Both the position numbers and the translations under genes were made by a program. A DNA stretch of 64,000 nucleotides, taken from an uncultured Bacteriovoracaceae bacterium. GTDB lineage: Bacteria > Bdellovibrionota > Bacteriovoracia > Bacteriovoracales > Bacteriovoracaceae. Below, piece by piece: positions 49,572 through 57,939 of this stretch; position 1 is the stretch's first letter; the number at the start of each line of letters is the position of its first letter. Where the stretch lies: assembly GCA_964012805.1 (NCBI GenBank), contig CAXGUD010000011.1, forward strand, positions 32,001 to 96,000. Direction: 5' to 3'. The notes beneath the pieces were generated by a model. That model was not told the origin of the DNA. It ran no database searches and saw nothing but the letters and a program-made list of their open reading frames with translations.

Positions 49572-50551
49572 TTTTGAAAGATACTGTCAGTATCTAGAAA
49601 AGGGTTTTCTTCTTTTGTAATGATTGAAAAAAGCCTTTCCACTCCAAGAGCGATTCCGGCCGAGGGAGGTAATCCTTTTTCAAGTGATCTAAAGAGCGTA
49701 TAAGGAGCTGGCAGAGAGTAATGATAGAGGTCTTCTTTAAGCTTTAGGTCTTTTTCAGCTCTTTTCTTTTGAGTTTTGAGGTCGCAAAGCTCGTTGAAGC
49801 AATTTGCTAGCTCAACACCTTCAATATAGACTTCAAATCTTTCGCATACTCTAGGATCGCTTTCTTTTAGAGTTGATAATGCGGAAAGGTGGTAAGGAAA
49901 CTCGTAGAGTATGAGAAAAGGGTATTGTTTGAGACAGGGCTCGACCTTATTAAGAAAAAGGAGGAAAAAGTAATCATCCCAGGTCATTTTATCTTCATCT
50001 CTTCCTTCAGGAATGGGAATTTCGGGAAATGAGTTTTTAATAACTTTTTTTAGGTCATCGATTTTTAGTAGATCTAAAATGTCTATATTGAGGTGCCTTT
50101 TAAAAACCTCAGCGATAGTTAATGTATGAACTTTTTCAATGGGAGTCCTTCCCAAAAATTTTTCGTTTAAATAAACCCATAGTTTTGTACAGTCATCCAT
50201 TATGTCTGTGTAATGGGAACCAGATCGGTACCATTCGAGCATAATGAACTGGTTTCTGTGAATGGAAGAACTTGGCTCATCTCTGAATGAATGTGAAAGG
50301 GTAAAAATCTTTTCCATACCTTGGGAGAGAAGTTCTTTCATAAAGAATTCTGGAGATGAGTGGAGGAAAAGACCTTGATTTTTATTTTGAGAGCTACTTA
50401 AACTCGGGGAAACTTTGAAGGGGTGTATATGAGGTTCTATTCCGGGATGCGAAACCATCGGTGGAACGAGTACATCTGTAAAGCCATTTTCAATAAAAAA
50501 GTCCCTGATGGCTTGAATAAATTGAAATTTTTTCTTGAGGAAATTATGCAT
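49568..50551 (-). CDS. epmA: EF-P beta-lysylation protein EpmA (class II aaRS paralogue)
   Basis: LHSSPEFFMKELL, FRDE, MLEWYR, ERFEVYIEGVELANCFNEL, GLPPSAGIALGVERL; no anticodon-binding domain. Confidence 0.9.
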   Translation of the reverse strand: MHNFLKKKFQFIQAIRDFFIENGFTDVLVPPMVSHPGIEPHIHPFKVSPSLSSSQNKNQGLFLHSSPEFFMKELLSQGMEKIFTLSHSFRDEPSSSIHRNQFIMLEWYRSGSHYTDIMDDCTKLWVYLNEKFLGRTPIEKVHTLTIAEVFKRHLNIDILDLLKIDDLKKVIKNSFPEIPIPEGRDEDKMTWDDYFFLLFLNKVEPCLKQYPFLILYEFPYHLSALSTLKESDPRVCERFEVYIEGVELANCFNELCDLKTQKKRAEKDLKLKEDLYHYSLPAPYTLFRSLEKGLPPSAGIALGVERLFSIITKEENPFLDTDSIFQN

Positions 50552-50623
50552 TTGGTCACCCCCTTTGCTAGAAGTGATAAGTATGTTAGTTGTCCCAAAA
50601 ATTCAATATGAAAGGGAATAAAA

Positions 50624-51889
50624 ATGGAAGCTCTAGTAAGCATTTTGCAGTCAGTGTATACGATTTTAGGTTTTTCTGTAGAAGCCAATATTGGCGATGT
50701 TCTAGGGGCTTTATCAGTACTTTATATTCTTTTAGCATCGATGACTCATTTCGTTGGGAAAAAAGAAGTATCAGGTGATTTAGAGAGAACTTCGAGTGAT
50801 TTAACGAGTGTTGATGGTCGCTCTGATGAGGGGCAGGATTTAGTTAAGCCAGAGAAAGAAGTTAAAGTTGAAGAGAAGAAGGAAGAGGAAGAGCTCGAAG
50901 AAAAAAAAGAAGTCGTTAAACCGGTAGAAGCTAAGGTTTCTTGGGGGCAGAGGCTAAAAAGAGGACTTGAGAGATCAAGGGCCGAAGTGTGGGGTAAGTT
51001 GGAGAGTGTTTTTTCTGGTAATCAGCTAAATGATGACTCTCTCGATGAAATAGAAGAAATCCTCTATGGAGCAGATATTGGCACTTCTACTGTTTCTGAG
51101 TTGATAGATACTCTTCATGATAAATGCGGTAGTGAAGACTTTGGTGTTAAAGAGCTGAAAAGCTTTTTGCACGATTTTCTAAAAAATAAAATGGAGCCCA
51201 TTCAAAAGAACCTTGATGGTTCATTGGCTTCTTTTAAGCTCAGTTCAGCAGAAACTAAACCTAAGGTAATCATGGTTGTGGGTGTCAATGGCGCAGGAAA
51301 GACTACCACAATAGGAAAGTTGGCGACAAAGCTTAAAAATCAAGGAGCCAAAGTGGTTGTCGGCGCATGCGATACCTTTAGAGCTGCTGCTGTCGATCAA
51401 CTGCAGGTCTGGTGTGACCGTGCAGGAGTTGAAATGGTAAGAGCTAAAGAAGGAAGTGCGCCAAGCGGCGTAGGTTACCAAGCTTTAGAGCAAGCAATAA
51501 GCTCAAAAGCAGACTATTGTATTTTAGATACGGCGGGTCGACTTCACACCAAAGGGAATCTTATGGATGAATTAAAGAAGTCCAGGGATGTTTTAAAAAA
51601 GCTAGACCCAGATGCTCCCCATCAAACCCTCTTAGTTCTCGATGCTATTACTGGCCAGAATGCTTTACGTCAGGCTGAGGAGTTTCATAAGGCCTTGAGT
51701 GTTTCAGGGTTAATTTTCACTAAGTGCGATGGCTCTTCTAAGGGAGGGAGCGCTATATCAATCGTTCAAAGCCTTAAAGTTCCAATTGCCTTTATTGGTG
51801 TCGGTGAGAGTGTGGAAGACCTCAATCACTTTGATTTGGACGATTACCTTAAGGCACTCTTAAATAATGGCCAGGAGGAAGTGTCTTAA
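50624..51889 (+). CDS. ftsY: Signal recognition particle receptor FtsY
   Basis: GVNGAGKTTT, DTFRAAA, DTAGR, TKCDGSSKGG, GVGE. Confidence 0.96.
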   Translation: MEALVSILQSVYTILGFSVEANIGDVLGALSVLYILLASMTHFVGKKEVSGDLERTSSDLTSVDGRSDEGQDLVKPEKEVKVEEKKEEEELEEKKEVVKPVEAKVSWGQRLKRGLERSRAEVWGKLESVFSGNQLNDDSLDEIEEILYGADIGTSTVSELIDTLHDKCGSEDFGVKELKSFLHDFLKNKMEPIQKNLDGSLASFKLSSAETKPKVIMVVGVNGAGKTTTIGKLATKLKNQGAKVVVGACDTFRAAAVDQLQVWCDRAGVEMVRAKEGSAPSGVGYQALEQAISSKADYCILDTAGRLHTKGNLMDELKKSRDVLKKLDPDAPHQTLLVLDAITGQNALRQAEEFHKALSVSGLIFTKCDGSSKGGSAISIVQSLKVPIAFIGVGESVEDLNHFDLDDYLKALLNNGQEEVS

Positions 51890-51890
51890 A

Positions 51891-51919
51891 TTGACGGGCT
51901 ACAATTTATGAATTATCCT
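51891..51919 (+). promoter_or_regulatory. Putative sigma70 promoter of zapA-ygfA-rny
   Basis: TTGACG-N17-TATCCT, with -10 ending 9 nt before the zapA ATG. Confidence 0.55.
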
Positions 51920-51928
51920 TAGAATTGG

Positions 51929-52234
51929 ATGAAATCTGGTAAAAATGTTTTGGAATTTGAGGTTTTAGGGTTCAAGGTTAAGTTTAAACCTGAGGGAGAA
52001 GACCAACCAGTTTCTGCTTCTGAAGTTGTTGAGTGTGTGAACAATGAGGCTAATAACTTAAGAAATAATTTTCCACAGCTTAGCGAGGGAGAGCTTGGAG
52101 CCCTTCTTGCTTTGCATTTTGCGAAAAAAAATATGGCCATTGAAAAAGAATATAAAAATAATATCCAACAACTTAACAGAACTGCTAGCGATGCACTGAG
52201 TCTGGTTGAGACAATCTCTCCTCCTTCCTCCTAG
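51929..52234 (+). CDS. zapA: Cell division protein ZapA-like
   Basis: Beta-beta-helix start (FEVLGFKVKF), ALLALHFA then coiled coil; canonical position upstream of ygfA and rny. Confidence 0.7.
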   Translation: MKSGKNVLEFEVLGFKVKFKPEGEDQPVSASEVVECVNNEANNLRNNFPQLSEGELGALLALHFAKKNMAIEKEYKNNIQQLNRTASDALSLVETISPPSS

Positions 52235-52255
52235 ACCTCTAAGAGAAGATGTGAA

Positions 52256-52867
52256 ATGTTTGGGGACCAAAAACGCTCTTCCAAGAAGGAGTTGCGGGTA
52301 AGAGTCAGATCGATTCTCTCTCAATTTGAAGAAGGGGAATTGGTTAGAAAGAGTGAGTTGGTTTCAAATAACCTCCATGAGCTTTTTAGTGGAAACTCAA
52401 CTCTTGATAAAATTATTCCTCTTGAAGAGGAGGGGGTCTTTTTTGGTGGTTTTGCGCCATTGAAGGACGAACCGAATTGGCTCATTTGTTTGGAAGAATT
52501 GCTTAAAGGGCGAATTGCCTTTCCAGGCCTTGATAAGTCTGGAAATATGCTCTTTTATAAGGCGAACACCAGCGATTTAGGTTTGACTAAAGTCTTTGGT
52601 GCGCCAGTTCTGACGCCTCCCTCAGGCAATCTAATAGTGTGTCCAAAATTTGTTTTAGTTCCGGGTTTAGCATTTGGGGAAAATGGGTCCAGGTTGGGTC
52701 GTGGTAAAGGCTTTTACGATAAATATTTGGAAGGTTTCTCCGGCTTGAAAATTGGTGTGTGTTTCTCTGAGCAAATGTTTGAGAAACTACCTATGGAGCC
52801 TAACGACGTGTTTGTAGATTATGTTGTTACAGACAAAAGTATTTATGGCCCTAGGGAAAAAAATTAG
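52256..52867 (+). CDS. ygfA: 5-formyltetrahydrofolate cyclo-ligase
   Basis: KKELR, VPGLAF..G.RLGRGKGFYDKYL, D..VD.VVT. Confidence 0.92.
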   Translation: MFGDQKRSSKKELRVRVRSILSQFEEGELVRKSELVSNNLHELFSGNSTLDKIIPLEEEGVFFGGFAPLKDEPNWLICLEELLKGRIAFPGLDKSGNMLFYKANTSDLGLTKVFGAPVLTPPSGNLIVCPKFVLVPGLAFGENGSRLGRGKGFYDKYLEGFSGLKIGVCFSEQMFEKLPMEPNDVFVDYVVTDKSIYGPREKN

Positions 52868-52889
52868 TTTTGTGAATTTGGGAGTTAAT

Positions 52890-54452
52890 ATGGAATACAT
52901 CTTACCTGTCACAGCAGGTGTTCTAGGGATCCTTTTAGGGTCTGGGATTATTTTTTTAATCTTTTTGAGAAAAGAAAAAATAGCAAAAGAGGAAAGTCAG
53001 CTTAGAGCAGATGACGTTATAGAGAAAGCTAAAAAAAATGCTCAGGAAATTAAGTATAAGGCCCGGAAAGAGGCAAAAGAAGTCACTAAAGAAGAGATGA
53101 GTAAGCTTGAGAGCGAGGTTAATAAAAGGAAGCAAGAAATCCAGTCTCAAGAAAAAATAATTGCTAAAAAAGAGATTTCATTAGAGCAAAAAATTGAAAA
53201 CCACGAAAAAGACCTTAGTGCTTTTAAAGAAAAAGAATTGGAAGTTGGAAACCTTAAGAAAAGTGTTTTAGAAGAAATTGATAGCTATAAAAAAAATCAG
53301 CAAAAGTTAGCAGATAAATTGAGTGAAGTCAGTGGGATGACTAAAGATGAAGCCAAGGTCCACCTTCTAAACACAATGAGAGATGAGGTTAAAATAGACT
53401 TTGCCAAAGAATTGAGAAGGCTAGAAGAAGAGACAAAAGAACAGGCTGAGGAGAAATCAAAGAGAATCATTGGTATTTCTATTCAAAGGTTTGCTGGAGA
53501 ACATGTCGCTGAAAGAACTATCAGTTCTGTGGAGCTCCCTTCAGATGATGTAAAGGGGAGGCTTATTGGGAGAGAGGGAAGAAATATTAGAGCTTTTGAG
53601 CAAATTTGTGGTGTTGACCTTATTATAGATGATACTCCAGAAGTTGTAGTCATATCTTCCTTTAACGTCGTTAGAAGAGAAGTTGCGAGGCAGACTATCC
53701 TCAAACTAATCGCAGATGGCAGAATTCATCCTGCTAAAATCGAAGAATTTCATGATAAATCAAAACTTGAAATGGAAAAACAATTAAGAGACTTAGGTGA
53801 AAAAGCTCAGATGGAAATTGGTGTTCATGGCATCCACCCTGAAATTTTAAAGCTAGTTGGAGCTTTGAATTGGAGGACCTCCTATACTCAAAACCAATAT
53901 AAGCATGCTTTAGAGGCTGCATTTATTTGTGGTGCCATGGCTTCTGAAATGGGACTTAATGTTAAGCAAGCTCGTAGAGCAGCTCTTCTCCATGATATTG
54001 GTAAAGTTCTCGATGCTTCAGCAGAAGGGTCTCACGCGGTTATTGGAGCAGACTTTGCTAAAAAGTATGGTGAGTCTCCTGATATTGTTCATGCCATAAG
54101 GGCACACCATGATGATGAAAAACCTGAATCTCTATTAGCTCATTTGGTTGCAGCCTCAGATGCTCTCTCTGGAGCGAGGCCAGGTGCTAGGAAAGCAATG
54201 ATGGAGTCCTACGTATCCAGATTGTCTGATATTGAGGAAATTGTTAACAGTTTTAAAGGTGTTTCTAGGAGTTACGCAATTTCTGGTGGAAGAGAAGTAA
54301 GGGTATTTGTTGAAAACGATCAAATCTCTGATGAAGAAACTGTTATGCTTTCTAGGGATATTGCCAAGAAAATAGAAGAAGAAATGTCTTATCCAGGAAC
54401 AATTAAAATCACAGTAACCCGGGAAACAAAGTCAGTAGGAATTGCCAAGTAA
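52890..54452 (+). CDS. rny: Ribonuclease Y
   Basis: N-terminal TM, coiled coil, KH domain (KGRLIGREGRNIR), HD domain (LLHDIGK), ARPGAR; GGAG SD before ATG52890. Confidence 0.96.
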   Translation: MEYILPVTAGVLGILLGSGIIFLIFLRKEKIAKEESQLRADDVIEKAKKNAQEIKYKARKEAKEVTKEEMSKLESEVNKRKQEIQSQEKIIAKKEISLEQKIENHEKDLSAFKEKELEVGNLKKSVLEEIDSYKKNQQKLADKLSEVSGMTKDEAKVHLLNTMRDEVKIDFAKELRRLEEETKEQAEEKSKRIIGISIQRFAGEHVAERTISSVELPSDDVKGRLIGREGRNIRAFEQICGVDLIIDDTPEVVVISSFNVVRREVARQTILKLIADGRIHPAKIEEFHDKSKLEMEKQLRDLGEKAQMEIGVHGIHPEILKLVGALNWRTSYTQNQYKHALEAAFICGAMASEMGLNVKQARRAALLHDIGKVLDASAEGSHAVIGADFAKKYGESPDIVHAIRAHHDDEKPESLLAHLVAASDALSGARPGARKAMMESYVSRLSDIEEIVNSFKGVSRSYAISGGREVRVFVENDQISDEETVMLSRDIAKKIEEEMSYPGTIKITVTRETKSVGIAK

Positions 54453-54491
54453 CTCTAAATTTGGAACAATTAAAGTAAATAAACCCAATAT

Positions 54492-54518
54492 AAAAAAGCC
54501 TCTAGCGAGGCTTTTTTT
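54492..54518. terminator. Intrinsic terminator after rny (bidirectional shape)
   Basis: AAAAAAGCCTC-TAGC-GAGGCTTTTTTT. Confidence 0.85.
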
Positions 54519-54531
54519 GTGAGGCAAAAAG

Positions 54532-54927
54532 TTGAAAAAGATTTTTACCTTTTTTGATTTATTAACTTTGATTTTATTTTTTTCGAGCTTCTTTAGTCTT
54601 CTTCTTTTTAAAGTTTCAATTTTTGATCAAGCCTTCTACTTTGTAGGTTTTTTCTGGTTTCTATTACTTAGTGTTAGGTCAACTAAAGTAAAAAGAAGGT
54701 TTTCTTTACTGCAAACCCTCTTTTTTATAAATGATTGGTTTATTTCCAAGCTAAGTTTTGAAGAGGAGGAAAAGCCAAACTTTTTAACTATTTTAGCTTT
54801 TCCAGTATCTACGGGTTTTTTAATTCTTTCCTTCTCTGGGAAGAAAGGACTTCTTTATTTTTTTGGTCTTGCCCTGGGCTCTATTATTAACTTTCTTAGA
54901 GAACAGCTACTTGCAAAAAAAGTCTAA
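54532..54927 (+). CDS. Hypothetical small membrane protein
   Basis: 131-aa Phe-rich ORF with about 4 hydrophobic segments; GAGG SD before TTG. Confidence 0.55.
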   Translation: MKKIFTFFDLLTLILFFSSFFSLLLFKVSIFDQAFYFVGFFWFLLLSVRSTKVKRRFSLLQTLFFINDWFISKLSFEEEEKPNFLTILAFPVSTGFLILSFSGKKGLLYFFGLALGSIINFLREQLLAKKV

Positions 54928-55890
54928 GAGCTCCTCAAACTCTTTGAGGCTTTTACTTCTCATAAACTTTCTTTTGACGATTTCATTTTGTGGAAAATCA
55001 TCAAAAATATTTCTTGAAAATGATTTAAATCTTTTAAGGATTAGTGCATCTTGAGAGCATCTTTTTGCATACTCTTCCTTCAGAGAAGAAAAATATAAAG
55101 GAATTCTTTTCTTTCTAATTTCAAACAATTCTTCCTTATTGTAGCGTTCCTTCATTTTATACAGAGGAGCTAGCCAGGGAGTTTTAAGAGCACCTCTCCC
55201 AAGCATTATAGAGTGACAGTTAGTATAATCAAAAATATTTTCAATATCAGTAACACTCCATATATCGCCATTTCCTATAATTGGGACAGAAGTCTCTTTT
55301 GATGCCATTTTAATATATTCCCAATCTGCGGTGCCTTTATATAGTTGGTCTCTTGTTCTTCCATGAATAGTTATTGCATCAACACCTTCATTTTCAAAAA
55401 GCTTTATACAGTTCAAGAAGTTAGAGTCATCTTTGTATCCGATTCTCATTTTTACGGAAAAATGGTGAGGAAAATTCTCCCTAATATTTTTAATTATTTT
55501 TTGAAGGGCCTTTAAATCGCTTAATAGGTATGCTCCTCCTAAGTGCTGGTTGACCCTTTTGGAAGGGCAACCGAGGTTTAAGTCGAGATGTTTAAAGCCC
55601 AAATTTTCAATTTGTTGGCAGGCCAAGGGTGTGTTTCCCTTTTCATTAGCTAAAATTTGGAAAGCAGTTTTATTTCTTAGGTCAGGTTTTGCGTAAGCTT
55701 CCTTCCCAAAGTGCTCCATTATAAACTTTTTTGAGAAGGAACCCTCCGTAGGGACTCTTAAAAAGTCAGTTGAAAAGAGGTCCCACTCTGGAAATGTTTT
55801 CATCACGGCAAGCCTATAGGCTTCATCCGTAATGCCTTCCATCGGAGCAAAGAGTAGAGATTTCTTTTTTATTGGAAATGTATTATTCAT
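54907..55890 (-). CDS. tRNA-dihydrouridine synthase family protein
   Basis: APMEGITD, DLNLGCP, SVKMRIG, IHGRT, IGNGDI, MLGRG. Confidence 0.92.
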   Translation of the reverse strand: MNNTFPIKKKSLLFAPMEGITDEAYRLAVMKTFPEWDLFSTDFLRVPTEGSFSKKFIMEHFGKEAYAKPDLRNKTAFQILANEKGNTPLACQQIENLGFKHLDLNLGCPSKRVNQHLGGAYLLSDLKALQKIIKNIRENFPHHFSVKMRIGYKDDSNFLNCIKLFENEGVDAITIHGRTRDQLYKGTADWEYIKMASKETSVPIIGNGDIWSVTDIENIFDYTNCHSIMLGRGALKTPWLAPLYKMKERYNKEELFEIRKKRIPLYFSSLKEEYAKRCSQDALILKRFKSFSRNIFDDFPQNEIVKRKFMRSKSLKEFEELLDFFCK

Positions 55891-55986
55891 TCCCTTCCAA
55901 TAGACTTTTTGTGTCAATTTGTCGAGATGGTGAAAGAGTGTTAATTTGCTTTGCTTGAAAAAAAAATAGGTAAAAAAAAATTATTT

Positions 55987-56454
55987 ATGGCTAAAAAGTT
56001 TATTCCCGTATCTATTGTTCTTGTTTTAACTGCAGTTTCTAAGGAAGGCTTCTCTTTATGGATGCAGAAAAGAAAAGAGGAAGGCAGCTTAAACGATTTT
56101 TGGGAGTTTCCTGGCGGAAAGGTGGAGTCCGATGAGACCCCAATAGAGGCTGCATGTAGAGAATTTGAAGAAGAGGTCGGGGTAGAATGTCCAAAAATAG
56201 AAGAATTTAAAGTTACAACACATTCATATACAGACAGAAATGTTCTCCTTAACGTATTCTATTTATATCACCCTGCAGAAAAGTTGCCTAAATCTGAAAG
56301 GCAAAAAACTTTTTTTATTAATTTTAAAAAAGGTACTCAACTTTTAGAGGGTAAAATGCTAGCTGCTAATTATAGTATTGTGGAGAGTTTTTCAAAATAC
56401 TTACAATCAAACTTTTTGTTGGAAGCGAAGGACACGTTATGCCCTTTATCTTAA
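55987..56454 (+). CDS. Nudix hydrolase (MutT-like)
   Basis: WEFPGGKVESDETPIEAACREFEEEVG Nudix box. Confidence 0.88.
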   Translation: MAKKFIPVSIVLVLTAVSKEGFSLWMQKRKEEGSLNDFWEFPGGKVESDETPIEAACREFEEEVGVECPKIEEFKVTTHSYTDRNVLLNVFYLYHPAEKLPKSERQKTFFINFKKGTQLLEGKMLAANYSIVESFSKYLQSNFLLEAKDTLCPLS

Positions 56455-57227
56455 GTATCGCAGAGTTTTTCCTTTTATCAATGGCCTTTGGAATTAGCTT
56501 GTTTACTCTCATAGCCAAGAGCGAATTGACTGGGGGAGGTTTTTTAAGGTTGGTGCATAACGTCTCAGTTTCGTCCCTTCTTTTGGGGTTTGTTTGCCAT
56601 ATATATAGAGTTCCTTTTGGTGACACCGCTTCCTGGATGTACCTTTTGGCATCTCTATGTCTAGTTTTGTCTTCGATTTTTCATAGGGATAAAAAAACAG
56701 CAACTATGTGGGCGCTTTATATTATTCAAAATTTGGCCCTTGCTGCTGCTCTCTATACTTATCAATCTCATCAGTTTACTGAAGGTGGTTTTAACTTAAT
56801 GAATGTGACCTTCTTCTTTTCTTCGGCCCTCTTTCTAGGAGTTATCACTTATTCTATGCTTTTAGGGCATTGGTATTTAGTCGTGCCAAAGCTTTCTGAA
56901 AAGCCTTTGAAGGTGGCATTGTTTGTTACATGGTTTGTAATGTGTCTTAAGCTATTGATGACTCTTGGCGCTCTATTTAAGGACGCCGGTTTCTTTTTAG
57001 AAGGGAGCCGTTTAGGGGCAGGGTATATGTTTAATTGGATTATTCTCACTATGAGAATGGTCTGGGGTTATCTTATTATTGGTATTATGAGTTATTTTAC
57101 ATGGCGGCTTGTTAAAATGCGCTCTATTCAAAGTGCAACAGGCGTTCTATATGTAATGACATTTTTTGTTTTTGTAGGTGAGTTGATTTCGACTTACTTA
57201 TTTCACAAATATGGGATGTATTTATGA
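56439..57227 (+). CDS. Uncharacterised polytopic membrane protein (~8 TM)
   Basis: Hydrophobic throughout; motifs MLLGHWYLV and RSIQSATGVLYV. Confidence 0.75.
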   Translation: MPFILSIAEFFLLSMAFGISLFTLIAKSELTGGGFLRLVHNVSVSSLLLGFVCHIYRVPFGDTASWMYLLASLCLVLSSIFHRDKKTATMWALYIIQNLALAAALYTYQSHQFTEGGFNLMNVTFFFSSALFLGVITYSMLLGHWYLVVPKLSEKPLKVALFVTWFVMCLKLLMTLGALFKDAGFFLEGSRLGAGYMFNWIILTMRMVWGYLIIGIMSYFTWRLVKMRSIQSATGVLYVMTFFVFVGELISTYLFHKYGMYL

Positions 57228-57700
57228 AAGGCGTATCCGAAGAAGGCGTAATGACTGTTCATTTGACTTGTCCTAACTGCGGGTCTGGCATTCATGTTTA
57301 TCCATCCCAAAGCTCAAAAAAGGCAACATGTGATATTTGCCAACATGAGGTCAGCCTTTCTTTTAACTCTGATCACGAAGAGGGTATTTTGCAAGATTGC
57401 CCGTGTTGTGGAAGAAAAGATTTCTATGTACAGAAAGACTTTAATAGAAAAATTGGAGTTGTTTTATTTATTATCGCTTCAATTTTGGCGATTTATACCT
57501 ATGGAATAAGCCTTATCGTTTTATGGCTTTTTGACCTGTTTCTTTTCAGCAAGATAGGGAATATTGCTATATGTTATAACTGTCAGTCGATTTTTAGAAA
57601 AGTTAAGAATATAGAGTCTATAGGGCCTTTTAATCATGAAATGAATGATAGAATTGTTTATTCAGGTCACGATTTTAAGGGAGAGCAGTTAGACCATTAA
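57224..57700 (+). CDS. Zn-ribbon membrane protein (four CxxC motifs)
   Basis: CPNC, CDIC, CPCC, a hydrophobic hairpin, then CYNC; ATGA overlap with the upstream gene. Confidence 0.75.
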   Translation: MKGVSEEGVMTVHLTCPNCGSGIHVYPSQSSKKATCDICQHEVSLSFNSDHEEGILQDCPCCGRKDFYVQKDFNRKIGVVLFIIASILAIYTYGISLIVLWLFDLFLFSKIGNIAICYNCQSIFRKVKNIESIGPFNHEMNDRIVYSGHDFKGEQLDH

Positions 57701-57759
57701 ACAAAATTTATTATTATCTTTAGGATTTAATTGTTTTTGTCTTTGTGTTATAAATAGAG

Positions 57760-57885
57760 AGATGTAGGAAGAGCAGAATGTTGCCAACATCTTCTGCTTT
57801 TTCGTAATAATAGCATTAACAAAGGATAGTCAGTCACCTTGGAACCCCTGTCGATCACCGGTCATGAGAATGACCACCCCCTATC
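57760..57885 (+). promoter_or_regulatory. Candidate structured 5' leader of the CNNM gene
   Basis: GC-richer island with hairpin 57768-57803, GGTCAT-GAGA-ATGACC tetraloop stem and GATAG/CTATC closing helix; extended -10-like TGTTATAAAT upstream. Confidence 0.4.
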
Positions 57886-57939
57886 AATTAATTTATCTTT
57901 TATATTACCTAAACTAATGAATAAAGAGAGTTTTTAAAC

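Noticed and set aside
57825..57885. Minus-strand resemblance to a tmRNA 5' end (GGGGGTG...TCGACAGGGG), or to SRP/6S RNA
   Set aside because: No tRNA-like 3' end or tag frame, no SRP GGAA loop motif, too short and not rod-shaped for 6S; kept only as an unassigned structured leader.
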